A stretch of DNA of 64,000 nucleotides from Candidatus Latescibacterota bacterium (GTDB lineage: Bacteria > Latescibacterota > UBA2968 > GCA-2709665): NCBI GenBank assembly GCA_965226795.1, contig CBDDDZ010000005.1, positions 800,001 to 864,000 of the forward strand, read 5' to 3'. Below are positions 1-10,133 of the stretch, one piece after another. Both the position numbers and the translations under genes were made by a program. The notes under the pieces were generated by a model that worked only from the letters and a program-made list of their open reading frames with translations, had not been told where the DNA came from and did not search any database. Each line of letters opens with the position of its first letter. Position 1 is the first letter of the stretch.

Positions 1-78
1 TGGAAACCGAATGAACGGCGGTACAGGAAATGCGATAAGTGCAAGTTTTTGTTATAAGTAAGGGTGGGTGGAAATCGC

Positions 79-107
79 TTGACGTTGAGCCGTGAGTACG
101 TTATATT
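79..107 (+). promoter_or_regulatory. Putative sigma70 promoter of sodA
   Basis: TTGACG (79-84), 17-nt spacer, TATATT (102-107); AAGGAG RBS before ATG 179. Confidence 0.6.
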
Positions 108-178
108 TTGTTTCCTTGATTCTTCGATTATAATGTCTGGATTTGTCGTCCATCCTCATTTAACAAGGAGTGTAATCA

Positions 179-793
179 ATGGCCTATTCACTGCCCGACC
201 TGCCGTACAGTTATGATGCTCTGGAGCCCCATATCGACGCCCGGACAATGGAGATTCACCACAGCAGGCATCATAACGCCTATGTCACGAATTTGAACAA
301 CGCACTTGAGGGGCACGCCGATCTGGCCGCCCAGAGTGTTGAAGATCTCATCAGTAATCTCGATAGTGTTCCAGAGGCAATCCGAACGGCGGTCCGGAAC
401 AATGGCGGCGGCCATGCCAATCACAGTCTTTTTTGGACGGTGATGTCGCCCGGCGGCGGCGGAGAACCCTCGGGAGATCTGGCCGATGCGATCAACGACG
501 CGTTTGGCAGCCTCGATGCGGCACGCGACCAGTTCGTCCAGGCGGCGACCACCCGTTTCGGTAGCGGATGGGCGTGGGTGGTCGTGAAGGACGGCAAGCT
601 GGAGATTCTCAGCACCCCGAATCAGGACAGCCCGCTGATGACGGACGACGGCACGCCCATACTCGGGCTGGACGTCTGGGAGCACGCCTACTATCTGAAT
701 TATCAGAACCGGCGCCCCGATTATATCGTGGCCTGGGGCAACGTGATTGACTGGGACGCGGTAGCGGCCCGATTCGCGGACGCGACCTCCTAG
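179..793 (+). CDS. sodA: Mn/Fe superoxide dismutase
   Basis: [22 protein letters not shown] and DVWEHAYY motifs. GGG-H pattern favours the Mn type. Confidence 0.95.
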   Translation: MAYSLPDLPYSYDALEPHIDARTMEIHHSRHHNAYVTNLNNALEGHADLAAQSVEDLISNLDSVPEAIRTAVRNNGGGHANHSLFWTVMSPGGGGEPSGDLADAINDAFGSLDAARDQFVQAATTRFGSGWAWVVVKDGKLEILSTPNQDSPLMTDDGTPILGLDVWEHAYYLNYQNRRPDYIVAWGNVIDWDAVAARFADATS

Positions 794-893
794 CCCGGAC
801 CGCCGAAACCACGCGCCGGGCTTTAGTTGACGATTGTGGTCGTTTTTTTGTATACAGGGCCGGAATTTTGGAATTTCACGAAAGGATTATCCG

Positions 894-1370
894 ATGGGGC
901 TCAATGTAGGCGATCAGGCGCCCGACTTCACGTTAAAGAGCAAACGCGGCGACCTGGAAGATGTTATGTTGAGCAGTTTCAGGGGAGGCAAGAACGTCGT
1001 GTTGCTGTTTTTTCCATTGGCGTATACCTCGGTTTGTACAGACGAAATGTGTTCGGTGAGCGGAGGTCTTTCGGATTACGATGACCTTAATGCGCAGATG
1101 TTGGGCATTAGCGTGGACAGCCCGTTCGCGCAGGAGGCCTGGGCGGACCAGAATAACCTGTCTTTTCAGCTGCTGAGTGATTTTAACAAAGAGGTGAGCG
1201 CCGCCTACGGAGCTCAATATCAGGATCTTTTGGGTTTCAAGGGTGTCGCGAAACGCGCGGCATTCGTTGTAGACAAAGAAGGGATCATCCGGTACGCGGA
1301 AGTTTCGGAAGACGCTACCGTATTGCCCGACTTCGACGCTGTAAAACGCTGTCTTTCCACGATCGGTTGA
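894..1370 (+). CDS. Peroxiredoxin (AhpE/BCP-like redoxin)
   Basis: GDQAPDFTL and [13 protein letters not shown] (PxxxTxxC), ISVDS, LLSDF. Start set at ATG 894 after AAAGGA. Confidence 0.9.
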   Translation: MGLNVGDQAPDFTLKSKRGDLEDVMLSSFRGGKNVVLLFFPLAYTSVCTDEMCSVSGGLSDYDDLNAQMLGISVDSPFAQEAWADQNNLSFQLLSDFNKEVSAAYGAQYQDLLGFKGVAKRAAFVVDKEGIIRYAEVSEDATVLPDFDAVKRCLSTIG

Positions 1371-1410
1371 ACGGTAGCGTTTAGAGATCTCCCAGAAGGT
1401 TGAGGGCACA

Positions 1411-1734
1411 ATGATTACGGTTACCGAGGCTGCGGCGGTAAAGATCAAAAACCTGTTGGAACGCGAAGACGTTCCCGAATCCGGCCTCCGAATGAAAGTG
1501 GTCGGAGGCGGATGTTCCGGGTTGCAGTATCAGTTGGGCTTCGAAAACGGGCCCGGCGAAGATGACGACACCATCGAAAGCCACGGCGTCAGGGTGTTTG
1601 TGGACATGAAAAGTGCGCTCTTTCTCGCCGGGTCCGAACTGGATTACGACGATGGGCTGATGGGTGCGGGCTTCCGGGTAGTGAATCCCAATGCCAAGAA
1701 TCAGTGCGGCTGTGGGGAGTCGTTTGGTGTATGA
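1411..1734 (+). CDS. HesB/IscA/ErpA family Fe-S carrier protein
   Basis: GGGCSG...NPNAKNQCGCGESF motifs. Confidence 0.92.
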   Translation: MITVTEAAAVKIKNLLEREDVPESGLRMKVVGGGCSGLQYQLGFENGPGEDDDTIESHGVRVFVDMKSALFLAGSELDYDDGLMGAGFRVVNPNAKNQCGCGESFGV

Positions 1735-1844
1735 TGAAATGAACCGGCTTGTTTTTCTGAAGCGGTCGGTTTGTTTCCGGATTAAGGGAGGGAGGGGTCC
1801 GGGTCGGATGCCTCCCTTTGTTGTCCGATCGATCAGTTGAACCG

Positions 1845-2010
1845 GAGTCTTATGTTGTTCTTGTTGCACATTGCAAGCCTGCTCCTGCACGGGTGCCGGC
1901 TGCAATTGGCTCTATTAGGGAATTCCCGAGAACCGGCGTCGCATTGCTGCAGCGTGCAGGAGCGACAATTCACAGTGGGGCCAAATGTGCGTAAATCGAA
2001 CGACCTGGAT
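1845..2010. ncRNA. Putative 6S RNA-like rod hairpin (strand not determined)
   Basis: Nested pairing: GTTGTTC(1854-60)/GAACGAC(1998-2004), GCACATT(1866-72)/AATGTGC(1984-90), an internal bubble, GCTCCTGCACG(1881-91)/CGTGCAGGAGC(1953-63), inner GCCGG/CCGGC. Lies directly upstream of rny, a common ssrS context. Confidence 0.5.
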
Positions 2011-2039
2011 CTGAATTCTATCGAACACGGGAGGCTTCA

Positions 2040-3839
2040 ATGGCGCTGGATGCATACTCAGTTTGTCTTGCCATTGCATGCGCGTTTCTCCTCTTCGCTG
2101 CCGGGTGGTTTTTATGCGCGAGGCTCAAAGCCCGCAAGATTCAGGAAATTGAACACCACACCGAGCGTCGGATTTCAAAAATGGTTGAGAAGGCGGGCCG
2201 GGAGCGCAGAGCCACATTTCTCGAAGAGAAGAACAAGTGGTACGACGCCAAGACGACGTTCGAGCGCGAACTGGATGGCAAGAAGCGCGAAATGGAACGG
2301 CGGGATGAGGACCTCAACGAAAAAGAGAACGGCATACAGGAACAGCACGGAAACCTCAAACTGCGAAACAAGGAGCTGAATCGCTCGGAGCGGGACGTAC
2401 GGCAGCGGGCGGTACGTCTGGATCAGAATCAGCAGGAACTCGAACAGGTGCTGGTTGAGCAACGCGCCCAATTGGAACACATATCGGGCATGAATGTGGA
2501 TCGCGCCCGGGAAATGCTTCTGGAGACTATCGAGACCGATCTCCGGCATACGGCAACCGCGATGGGTATGGAGATCATCGATCAGGCCAGGGAGCGGTCC
2601 GAGCGGGAGTCGAAAAAGATCATTGCGCAGGCGATTGAACGATGTTCAACGGATCAGACCGTGCAATCGTCAATTTCGGTCGTGGCACTGCCCGACGACG
2701 ATATCAAGGGTAGGATAGTTGGTAAGGAGGGGCGGAACATTATCTCCTTCGAGGCTGCGACCGGTGTGAAGGTGATCGTTAACGATACGCCGGAAGCCGT
2801 TGTACTCTCCAGCTTCGATCCGGTAAAGCGGGATGTGGCCAGGCTGGCAATGGAGCAATTGGTCAAGGAGGGACGAATCAATCCCAGCCGGGTGGAAGAG
2901 GTTGTGGCCGATTGTGAGAATCGTATCGAGACCCTCATCGAAGAGGAGGGGCGGCGCGCGGTCAAAGAAGTGGGCATCGACAACATGCACCAGGAACTGG
3001 TAACGATGTTGGGACGCCTCAAGTATCGAACCAGTTACGGGCAAAGCGTGTTGGGGCATTCCAAAGAAGTTGCATTCCTGGCAGGCGCAATGGCTGCGGA
3101 ACTGCGAATGGACGAGATGTTGGCGCGGCGGGCCGGATTGTTGCACGACATCGGTAAGGCGGTAGATCAGGAACAGGAAGGAACGCATACGGACATCGGC
3201 GTGGCGATGGTGCGCCAACATGGCGAAGGGCCCGAGGTGGGGAATGCTATTCTTTACCATCATGGAGACGCCGAAGCCAGTTCTCCAATATCCTTCCTGG
3301 TAAAGGCTGCGGACGCCATTTCGTCCTCCCGGCCGGGGGCCCGCAGGGATGACGCGGAAGGGTATGTTCGAAGGGTGCGCGATCTGGAGGATATTGCGCG
3401 GGGCTTTAATGGCGTACGCGACGCGTATGCCATTAATGCCGGCAGGGAAATCCGGGTGATGGTGAACGCGGGCCGGGTCGACGACGAACACGCCAAGAGT
3501 CTGTCATTCGAAATTGCACAGCGCATCCGGGAGGGAATGACCTATCCCGGCGAGATTCAGGTTACGATAATAAGACAGACGGTCGCCACCCAGTGGGCGG
3601 GCCGTTCCAATAAACGGCGCAAGGGCAGATCCAGAAACAGGAGAGGAGAACGCCGATATGAAAAAGGTCGGTCACGAAATGACGCTGACCGAAAAAATGT
3701 ACCTTCCGGCAATCACAAAGGGTCTGTCTCTGACCTTCAGGCACCTGCTCGGCAAGAAGATCACGATGCAGTATCCGGAAGAAACCTGGACAAAGCCCAG
3801 CGGATACCGAGGGCTGCACAAACTAACGAAGGACGATAG
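2040..3839 (+). CDS. rny: Ribonuclease Y with a basic C-terminal extension overlapping nuoI
   Basis: N-terminal TM helix, coiled coil, KH (KGRIVGKEGRNI), HD (AGLLHDIGK), C-terminal YPGEIQVTIIR. Confidence 0.95.
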   Translation: MALDAYSVCLAIACAFLLFAAGWFLCARLKARKIQEIEHHTERRISKMVEKAGRERRATFLEEKNKWYDAKTTFERELDGKKREMERRDEDLNEKENGIQEQHGNLKLRNKELNRSERDVRQRAVRLDQNQQELEQVLVEQRAQLEHISGMNVDRAREMLLETIETDLRHTATAMGMEIIDQARERSERESKKIIAQAIERCSTDQTVQSSISVVALPDDDIKGRIVGKEGRNIISFEAATGVKVIVNDTPEAVVLSSFDPVKRDVARLAMEQLVKEGRINPSRVEEVVADCENRIETLIEEEGRRAVKEVGIDNMHQELVTMLGRLKYRTSYGQSVLGHSKEVAFLAGAMAAELRMDEMLARRAGLLHDIGKAVDQEQEGTHTDIGVAMVRQHGEGPEVGNAILYHHGDAEASSPISFLVKAADAISSSRPGARRDDAEGYVRRVRDLEDIARGFNGVRDAYAINAGREIRVMVNAGRVDDEHAKSLSFEIAQRIREGMTYPGEIQVTIIRQTVATQWAGRSNKRRKGRSRNRRGERRYEKGRSRNDADRKNVPSGNHKGSVSDLQAPARQEDHDAVSGRNLDKAQRIPRAAQTNEGR

Positions 3840-4155
3840 GGGTCGCCCGAAATGCGTCGCATGCTACATGTGCGCCACGGCCTGTCCGGCGGAATGCATC
3901 GCCATCGAGGCCGAGGAAGCGCCGTGGGAGGATCGGGAGAAACATCCCAAGCGGTTTGACATCGATATGCTGCGGTGTATTTTCTGCGGCATGTGTGTCG
4001 AGGCCTGTCCCGAAGACGCGATCGTAATGACGGAGCGGACCGAACTGGCAGCGGAAAGCCGCGCGGAACTGATCTATTCCAAAGAGCAACTGCTGGCCGT
4101 GGAAGACCGGGTGACGCTTACGCCGCCTCGAAGGCCACTTGAAAATACCCGATGA
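3658..4155 (+). CDS. nuoI: NADH-quinone oxidoreductase subunit I-like 2x[4Fe-4S] protein (orphan)
   Basis: TMQYPEE, YRGLH, CVACYMCATACP and CIFCGMCVEACP; AGGAG RBS upstream. Confidence 0.88.
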   Translation: MKKVGHEMTLTEKMYLPAITKGLSLTFRHLLGKKITMQYPEETWTKPSGYRGLHKLTKDDRGRPKCVACYMCATACPAECIAIEAEEAPWEDREKHPKRFDIDMLRCIFCGMCVEACPEDAIVMTERTELAAESRAELIYSKEQLLAVEDRVTLTPPRRPLENTR

Positions 4156-4176
4156 GTCGACGGGTGGTTGGGCTCC

Positions 4177-4557
4177 ATGGCCGAGACCTATAGTGAAATA
4201 GCCCTCGATCATTTCAGGAATCCGCGCAACGCAGGCACCATACACGATGCGGACGGCATCGGCTCCGTCGAGAATCCGGCATCGGGCGCGGTGGTATCGC
4301 TTCAACTGAAAATCGTCGATGAGCGGATCGTACGGGCTGTGTTTCAGGCCCGGGGTTGCACGGCCACAATCGCCGCCGCTTCCGTATTGACGGAAATGGT
4401 GGCGGGCCTGTCGGTTTCGGCTGCGGAGGTGGTTAACCGGGCGGATGTCGAGGCCGGGTTGGGCGGACTGCCGCCCACAAGGAAACATGCGGCCGCGCTG
4501 GCCTGCGATGCGGTCAGGGCGGCAGTAGCGGATTTCAGGGCCCGGGTGAGGGCCTGA
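4177..4557 (+). CDS. IscU/NifU-N family scaffold-like protein (two of three Cys ligands substituted)
   Basis: YSEIALDHFRNPRNAG, FQARGC, LGGLPPTRKH. Confidence 0.8.
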   Translation: MAETYSEIALDHFRNPRNAGTIHDADGIGSVENPASGAVVSLQLKIVDERIVRAVFQARGCTATIAAASVLTEMVAGLSVSAAEVVNRADVEAGLGGLPPTRKHAAALACDAVRAAVADFRARVRA

Positions 4558-4630
4558 TGGCTTTGATGTTATCGAACAGTAAAGGACAGGGTACGTCCGT
4601 TCCCTGTCCTTTTGGGCTTATTTAGCGGCC

Positions 4631-5881
4631 ATGGCGACGGATCTGGAAGCCGAACAGCGGAAGTTGACCGAGCAAATCAAGCGCAAGGCGCGAGGTATGG
4701 GTTTCAATCCGGTTGGGATTGCGCCCGCGGGGCCGCCGGAGCACTGGGGCTTTTATCTCGACTGGCTGGCGCGGGGGTATGCCGGCCAGATGGCTTATCT
4801 TGGCCGGAATCTCGAACGCAGGTCGGATCCACAGCAGGTGCTCCCGGGCGCCCGAACAGTCCTATGTGTGGGGATGAATTACAATCAGGGGACAGGCGCG
4901 CCTCCTGCGGATGGGCGGCCAAGGGGAAAGGTCTCCAGGTATGCCAGGGGCGACGACTATCACGACCTGATGACCGCCCGCCTGAAGCGTCTGCTGGAGT
5001 GGATTCAGCGTCTGCAACCGGAGGTAAGGGGACGGGTCTACGTGGATACGGGACCTGTGCTGGAGCGGGATTTCGCCGCCCTAGCCGGCCTGGGGTGGTT
5101 CGGCAAGCACACAAACCTTATCCATAAGCGCAGAGGGTCGTGGTTTTTCCTGGGAGAAATTCTGCTAACCATACCTCTGATCTACGACCGTCCCGTTGCC
5201 GACCATTGCGGGACCTGTACGCTATGTATGGATGCCTGCCCGACCGCGGCGATTCCACAGCCATTTGTGCTGGATTCCAATCGTTGTATCTCGTACCTGA
5301 CAATTGAGTTGAAAGGCGCGATTCCCAGGCCTTATCGGGAAAAAATCGGGGATTGGATCTACGGATGCGATATATGCCAGGAAGTCTGTCCGTGGAACCT
5401 GAAACATGCCAAGCCGACCGACGAGCCGACGCTGAAAGCCCGCGACGGTCTGGACGCGCCCGACCTCTCCGAATTACTGGCCATGGATCAGCCGACATTC
5501 AGCCGGAGGTTTCGCGGAAGCCCCATCAAACGCGCCAAACGGCGCGGGATCTTGCGGAACGCCGCCGTGGCTCTGGGTAATCGCGGTACGGCGGCCGATA
5601 TTCCCGCTCTTGCGGCCGTGCTATCCGATCCTGAACCCCTTGTCCGCGGGCATGCGGCCTGGGCACTGGGCCGCATCGGCGGGCCTGAAGCGCGTCGTGC
5701 GCTTTCAGTGGCCCTTGGCGCCGAGACGGACGCCGACGTCAGCGAGGAAATCAGGCTGGCGATGGACGAGATCGACAGGGGGCGCGATTCAAGCGGGCTC
5801 CACGAAATGAAGCGGGAATCTCCTAAGTCATCGAAGACGGACAATCATCCTGGAGTACCGCATGCGGCTTCTGGACATTGA
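4631..5881 (+). CDS. queG: Epoxyqueuosine reductase with C-terminal HEAT-like repeats
   Basis: YARGDDYH, YVDTGPVLER, CGTCTLCMDACP, CISYLTIE, GCDICQEVCPWN. Confidence 0.93.
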   Translation: MATDLEAEQRKLTEQIKRKARGMGFNPVGIAPAGPPEHWGFYLDWLARGYAGQMAYLGRNLERRSDPQQVLPGARTVLCVGMNYNQGTGAPPADGRPRGKVSRYARGDDYHDLMTARLKRLLEWIQRLQPEVRGRVYVDTGPVLERDFAALAGLGWFGKHTNLIHKRRGSWFFLGEILLTIPLIYDRPVADHCGTCTLCMDACPTAAIPQPFVLDSNRCISYLTIELKGAIPRPYREKIGDWIYGCDICQEVCPWNLKHAKPTDEPTLKARDGLDAPDLSELLAMDQPTFSRRFRGSPIKRAKRRGILRNAAVALGNRGTAADIPALAAVLSDPEPLVRGHAAWALGRIGGPEARRALSVALGAETDADVSEEIRLAMDEIDRGRDSSGLHEMKRESPKSSKTDNHPGVPHAASGH

Positions 5882-7238
5882 ACGACAGTCTGACATTTCC
5901 GAGGCGGATGAGGTGAACCTGCCCGTCTCCGTCGCAGGGCGTCGGGTCTATATCGAAACCTATGGCTGCCAGATGAACGTGTCCGATACGGAACTTATGA
6001 TGGGTGTTCTTAAGAAGGCCGGATTCCGTCGGGCGCTCGGTTTTGAAGACGCGGACGTGGTGCTGTTGAATACGTGCGCCATTCGAGAGCGGGCGGAGGA
6101 ACGGGTGGTGGGCCGACTTTCTCAGCTGAGCCACGCGAAGCGGACGCGCCCGGACCTCGTGCTCGGCGTGAGCGGATGCATGGCCAAGCACCTTGCCGAG
6201 CAACTTCTGAACGAATTGCCGTACGTCGATCTCGTGGTCGGTCCCGATTCCTATCGTCGACTGCCCGAGTTGATCGAAGAGGCGGCCGGAAATCCCGCAC
6301 TGGACGTGCGGCTCGACCGGCGCGAGGATTATCTGGAACTGGATCCCGTTCGACAGGAAGGTACAAATGCCTGGATTACAATCATGCGCGGTTGCGACAA
6401 GTTCTGCACCTTCTGCATTGTTCCCTACGTGCGGGGTCGGGAGCGGAGCGTGCCTGCCGCCGACCTGTTGCGGCAGGTCCGGATGGCTGCGTCGGAGGGA
6501 TTCCGGCAGGTGACCCTGCTCGGGCAGACGGTGAATTCCTACTACGACGGCGAAACGGATTTCGCCGATCTCTTAAAGATGGTGGCCGGTGTGGACGGTA
6601 TACGGCGGATTCGCTTCACGTCGCCGCATCCGAGCGATTTTTCGGAAAAACTGATCGGTACCATGGCGGAAGAGAGCAAGATCTGCCGTTTCATCCATCT
6701 GCCGGTGCAGTCCGGTTCCGACGCGGTATTGAAGGCCATGAAGCGAACCTATTCCATGGAACAGTACCTGGACCTGGTCGCGCGTCTGCGAACGGCCCTG
6801 CCGGGGCTCTGTCTGTCCACGGATGTCATCGTGGGATTCCCGGGAGAGGCGGAGCCCGATTTCGAGTCAACAATGAAGCTCATGCGGCACGTCCGGTACG
6901 ATTCGGCGTTTATGTTTAAATATTCGCCCAGGAAGGGTACGGTGGCCTACCGGGAGATTCCCGATACGGTATCGGAGACCGAAAAGGCACGGCGTCTCGA
7001 GGCCGTAATTGCCCAGCAGACAAGGATCTCAGGTGAGATCAACCGGCGCTATGTCGGACAATTACAGTACGTGCTCGTGGAGGGTGATGCGAGGCGGGGA
7101 CGAGGACAGGCGGTAGGAAAATCGGACGGATTCAAAACGGTTGTGTTTCCGAGAAACGGAATCAAAACCAATACATTCGTGAATGTCCGAATAACAGATG
7201 CAACGTCACACACGTTAATAGGTCAACCCGAACACTGA
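5862..7238 (+). CDS. miaB: tRNA i6A37 methylthiotransferase
   Basis: [26 protein letters not shown] radical SAM motif, C-terminal TRAM domain. Confidence 0.93.
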   Translation: MRLLDIERQSDISEADEVNLPVSVAGRRVYIETYGCQMNVSDTELMMGVLKKAGFRRALGFEDADVVLLNTCAIRERAEERVVGRLSQLSHAKRTRPDLVLGVSGCMAKHLAEQLLNELPYVDLVVGPDSYRRLPELIEEAAGNPALDVRLDRREDYLELDPVRQEGTNAWITIMRGCDKFCTFCIVPYVRGRERSVPAADLLRQVRMAASEGFRQVTLLGQTVNSYYDGETDFADLLKMVAGVDGIRRIRFTSPHPSDFSEKLIGTMAEESKICRFIHLPVQSGSDAVLKAMKRTYSMEQYLDLVARLRTALPGLCLSTDVIVGFPGEAEPDFESTMKLMRHVRYDSAFMFKYSPRKGTVAYREIPDTVSETEKARRLEAVIAQQTRISGEINRRYVGQLQYVLVEGDARRGRGQAVGKSDGFKTVVFPRNGIKTNTFVNVRITDATSHTLIGQPEH

Positions 7239-7282
7239 GCGGTCGTGCACGATTTCGCAAGAGATTGCGTCGGCATGCCTTT

Positions 7283-8170
7283 ATGATGCTACAAATCGAA
7301 AACCAGAACCCGAAGAAAAACCGGCGGTTGCCGGACTGGTTCCGGGTACCCGCGCCCGGTAGGGCCGGGTACCGGGAATTGAAGCGCCTCATGCGGGAAC
7401 TGGATCTGCACACCGTTTGCGAAAGTGCGAAGTGTCCGAATATCGGTGAATGCTGGGGGGCCGGTACGGCCACGTTCATGATTCTGGGAGACATCTGTAC
7501 TCGCAGCTGCGGGTTTTGTGCGGTGAAGACCGGGCGGCCCGAAGGTCTCGACGTGGAAGAACCCGGCCGGGTCGCCGAAGCCGTCCGGCGGCTGGGGCTG
7601 AGACACGCCGTCGTGACATCTGTGAACCGCGATGAATTGCCGGACGGGGGCGCGTCGATATTTTCAGCCACCATCCGGGCGATCCGCCGGCTTCGTCCTG
7701 AAGCCCGGGTGGAAGTGTTGATTCCTGATTTTCGGGGAAACTGGCGCGCGTTGGAGGCGGTGATGTCCGCCGGTCCGGATATTCTGAACCACAACGTGGA
7801 GACGCCGCCCAGACTGTATCGCACGATGCGCCCCCAGGCGAATTACGTGCAGTCCCTCGAATTGCTGCGCCGCGCCGGCGTGGCCAATGCCGATATCACA
7901 ACGAAGTCCGGCATTATGGTTGGCGCGGGCGAGACCATGGAAGAGGTTTACCAGACCATCGACGACATTGCTGAACAGGGAACCGATATTCTGACCGTGG
8001 GGCAATATCTGCAGCCCTCGCCCGCCCACGTACCCATTGCCAGATTTTACCATCCGGAAGAATTCGAGAAGATCCGGGTTTTTGCGCAGATGCGAGGATT
8101 CCGCCACGTGGAGTCGGGTCCGCTGGTACGGAGTTCCTACCACGCCGCAAACCACGTCGTTGCAGGGTGA
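7283..8170 (+). CDS. lipA: Lipoyl synthase
   Basis: [26 protein letters not shown]. Confidence 0.95.
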   Translation: MMLQIENQNPKKNRRLPDWFRVPAPGRAGYRELKRLMRELDLHTVCESAKCPNIGECWGAGTATFMILGDICTRSCGFCAVKTGRPEGLDVEEPGRVAEAVRRLGLRHAVVTSVNRDELPDGGASIFSATIRAIRRLRPEARVEVLIPDFRGNWRALEAVMSAGPDILNHNVETPPRLYRTMRPQANYVQSLELLRRAGVANADITTKSGIMVGAGETMEEVYQTIDDIAEQGTDILTVGQYLQPSPAHVPIARFYHPEEFEKIRVFAQMRGFRHVESGPLVRSSYHAANHVVAG

Positions 8171-8174
8171 GACC

Positions 8175-8567
8175 GTGTTCAAGTTGAATCGATGGCGTCC
8201 GAAAGGCCAGTGCCGGACCGGTCAGTACGCCCCCGGCGGCTCTGGGCGAAACCAGCGGTTTTTTCGGGTGGCTTCGATGCGTGAAGTCCCCCCCGGCACC
8301 GGCAAGCTGGTGATGATGATGGGCCGCGAAATCGGGCTTTTCAACGTGGGCGGCAGAATTGAGGCGATTGACAATATCTGTCCACACAACCAGCGCCCCA
8401 TCGGGACAGATGGGATCAGGGGCGGCACGCTAACCTGTTTCTGGCACAACCTGAGGTTCGATCTTGAATCCGGCGCTTGTCCCGAGGCGCCGCATTTCAA
8501 AATCAGAAAATACCCGGTGCGTATCCGGCAGGATGAGATTTTCATTTCTCCCGACGCAACGGTCTGA
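8175..8567 (+). CDS. Rieske [2Fe-2S] ferredoxin
   Basis: CPH...CFWH motif. Start (GTG 8175) is approximate. Confidence 0.8.
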   Translation: MFKLNRWRPKGQCRTGQYAPGGSGRNQRFFRVASMREVPPGTGKLVMMMGREIGLFNVGGRIEAIDNICPHNQRPIGTDGIRGGTLTCFWHNLRFDLESGACPEAPHFKIRKYPVRIRQDEIFISPDATV

Positions 8568-8589
8568 CGGGTTGCCGGGCGCTTTGGCG

Positions 8590-8618
8590 TTGACTTGAAT
8601 GTTGGAGTTCAATACATT
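8590..8618 (+). promoter_or_regulatory. Putative sigma70 promoter
   Basis: TTGACT, 17 nt, TACATT upstream of the GWxTD gene. Confidence 0.45.
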
Positions 8619-8705
8619 GGCTGTTTCCGCCCGGCGCGGGAGGCTCTCCGCCCGCAGTTGATTCCTGGCCGCGAATAGTACGAACCAATCTCGGAGACCC
8701 TGGAA

Positions 8706-10082
8706 ATGAGTAACACAAAACGGATTTGGATGGGCGTCCTGCTGTTTGTGGGCGCTTCGTTCTGGTTCACGCAGGGGCACTGCGGGGAGGCGCAGCGCGT
8801 GGACCTGCCGCTGATGGGCGAAGGAGATCTGACGTTTTTTACTGACACTGCCGGATTCCAGGCGTCAGTCGGATATACCCGCCAGGAAATTTACGTTCTT
8901 CTCGACGCGAGTCAGTTGAAATTCAGACGAAAGAGAAAACGGTACGAGGCGGAGCTGGAGTTGTCCATCGCACTGGCCGACTCGGGAGGTACCGTTGTCA
9001 ACGAAGAGACCTGGAATCGAAAGGTCTGGGTCGAAAACGCCGACGATGTCGAAAGCGCGGGTTTGCCTTTTCGCGATATGATCGGATTCGACCTGAAGCC
9101 GGGCCCCTATCGGATGACGCTATCGATTCGAGACCTCAAGCAGGAAAACAAGGGTGTGGCAGAAGGGGTTTTGCAGGTCCGGGATTTTGAGAGGCAGGCC
9201 TTGAAATCCAGCGATCTCCTGTTCGCATCCGGGCTATCCAGAACGGACACGGACGGCAGGTTTTCGAGATACGGCTGGCTGGTGACCCCAAACGTGACGC
9301 GGGCCTATCCCGTCGGCGGAGATATCGAAGTCTATTTCGAGATCTATCACCTGTCACCCCCTGTGGAGGAAGCGGACAACACATTCATACTGGGTTACAG
9401 CATGCTGGATACAGCCGGAGCCGCGCTGATGACGTTTGACCACCAGCGGTTGCTGAAGCCAGGTACAAGCGCTGTAAAGACAGAGATCTTCAATACCGGG
9501 GACCTGCCCCCGGGCTCCTATTACCTTCAAGTGGAGGTGCTTGACCGAAGCAACCGGGCCGTTCACAGGGCGAGGCGGATGGTTTCGCTGGCCCGAAAGC
9601 AGGAAGTTGTTGAGTTGACGCAGGAGGAACGGGACAATATTCGCTATTACAAAGGCATTCGATATATCGCCACGGGTTCCCAGTTTAAGGAATACAGGAC
9701 ACTGAAGAATCGACGGGATCAGATGGCGTTTTTGAAGGCATTCTGGAAGGAAATGGATCCGACGCCGGCAACCGACGAGAACGAACGCCTGGTCCAGCAT
9801 ATCCAGCGAATGAGGTTTGCCGAAAACAACTACGCGGCTGGCCGGGGCAAGCGCGGATCGGATACGGATAAAGGGCGAATCTACGTCAAGTTCGGCGAGC
9901 CGAGCGACATTCAATACAATCTGGCGGCTTCCAATGAGAAGCCGTTTGAAGTCTGGACTTACGAAGATCAGCGGGGTGTCAGGTTCATCTTCAAGGATCG
10001 GCGCGGCGCAGGTGTTTTTGAACTTGTGCACTCCACGCATCCCACTGAAACGTATAACCCGCAATGGCGGATGATGGAGTAG
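8706..10082 (+). CDS. GWxTD domain-containing exported protein
   Basis: Signal peptide, Ig-like beta-rich region, FWKEMDPTPATDENE...GSDTDKGRIYVKFGEP...EVWTY. Confidence 0.75.
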   Translation: MSNTKRIWMGVLLFVGASFWFTQGHCGEAQRVDLPLMGEGDLTFFTDTAGFQASVGYTRQEIYVLLDASQLKFRRKRKRYEAELELSIALADSGGTVVNEETWNRKVWVENADDVESAGLPFRDMIGFDLKPGPYRMTLSIRDLKQENKGVAEGVLQVRDFERQALKSSDLLFASGLSRTDTDGRFSRYGWLVTPNVTRAYPVGGDIEVYFEIYHLSPPVEEADNTFILGYSMLDTAGAALMTFDHQRLLKPGTSAVKTEIFNTGDLPPGSYYLQVEVLDRSNRAVHRARRMVSLARKQEVVELTQEERDNIRYYKGIRYIATGSQFKEYRTLKNRRDQMAFLKAFWKEMDPTPATDENERLVQHIQRMRFAENNYAAGRGKRGSDTDKGRIYVKFGEPSDIQYNLAASNEKPFEVWTYEDQRGVRFIFKDRRGAGVFELVHSTHPTETYNPQWRMME

Positions 10083-10133
10083 CGCTCGGGCAGGGGCCGG
10101 AAACCTCGGGGGCGGTTCTAGGTTTGCGGTATT

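Noticed and set aside
1411..1737. HesB-like selenoprotein (gene ends TGA TGA)
   Set aside because: All three conserved Cys are present and the TGAs fall at the normal C-terminus.
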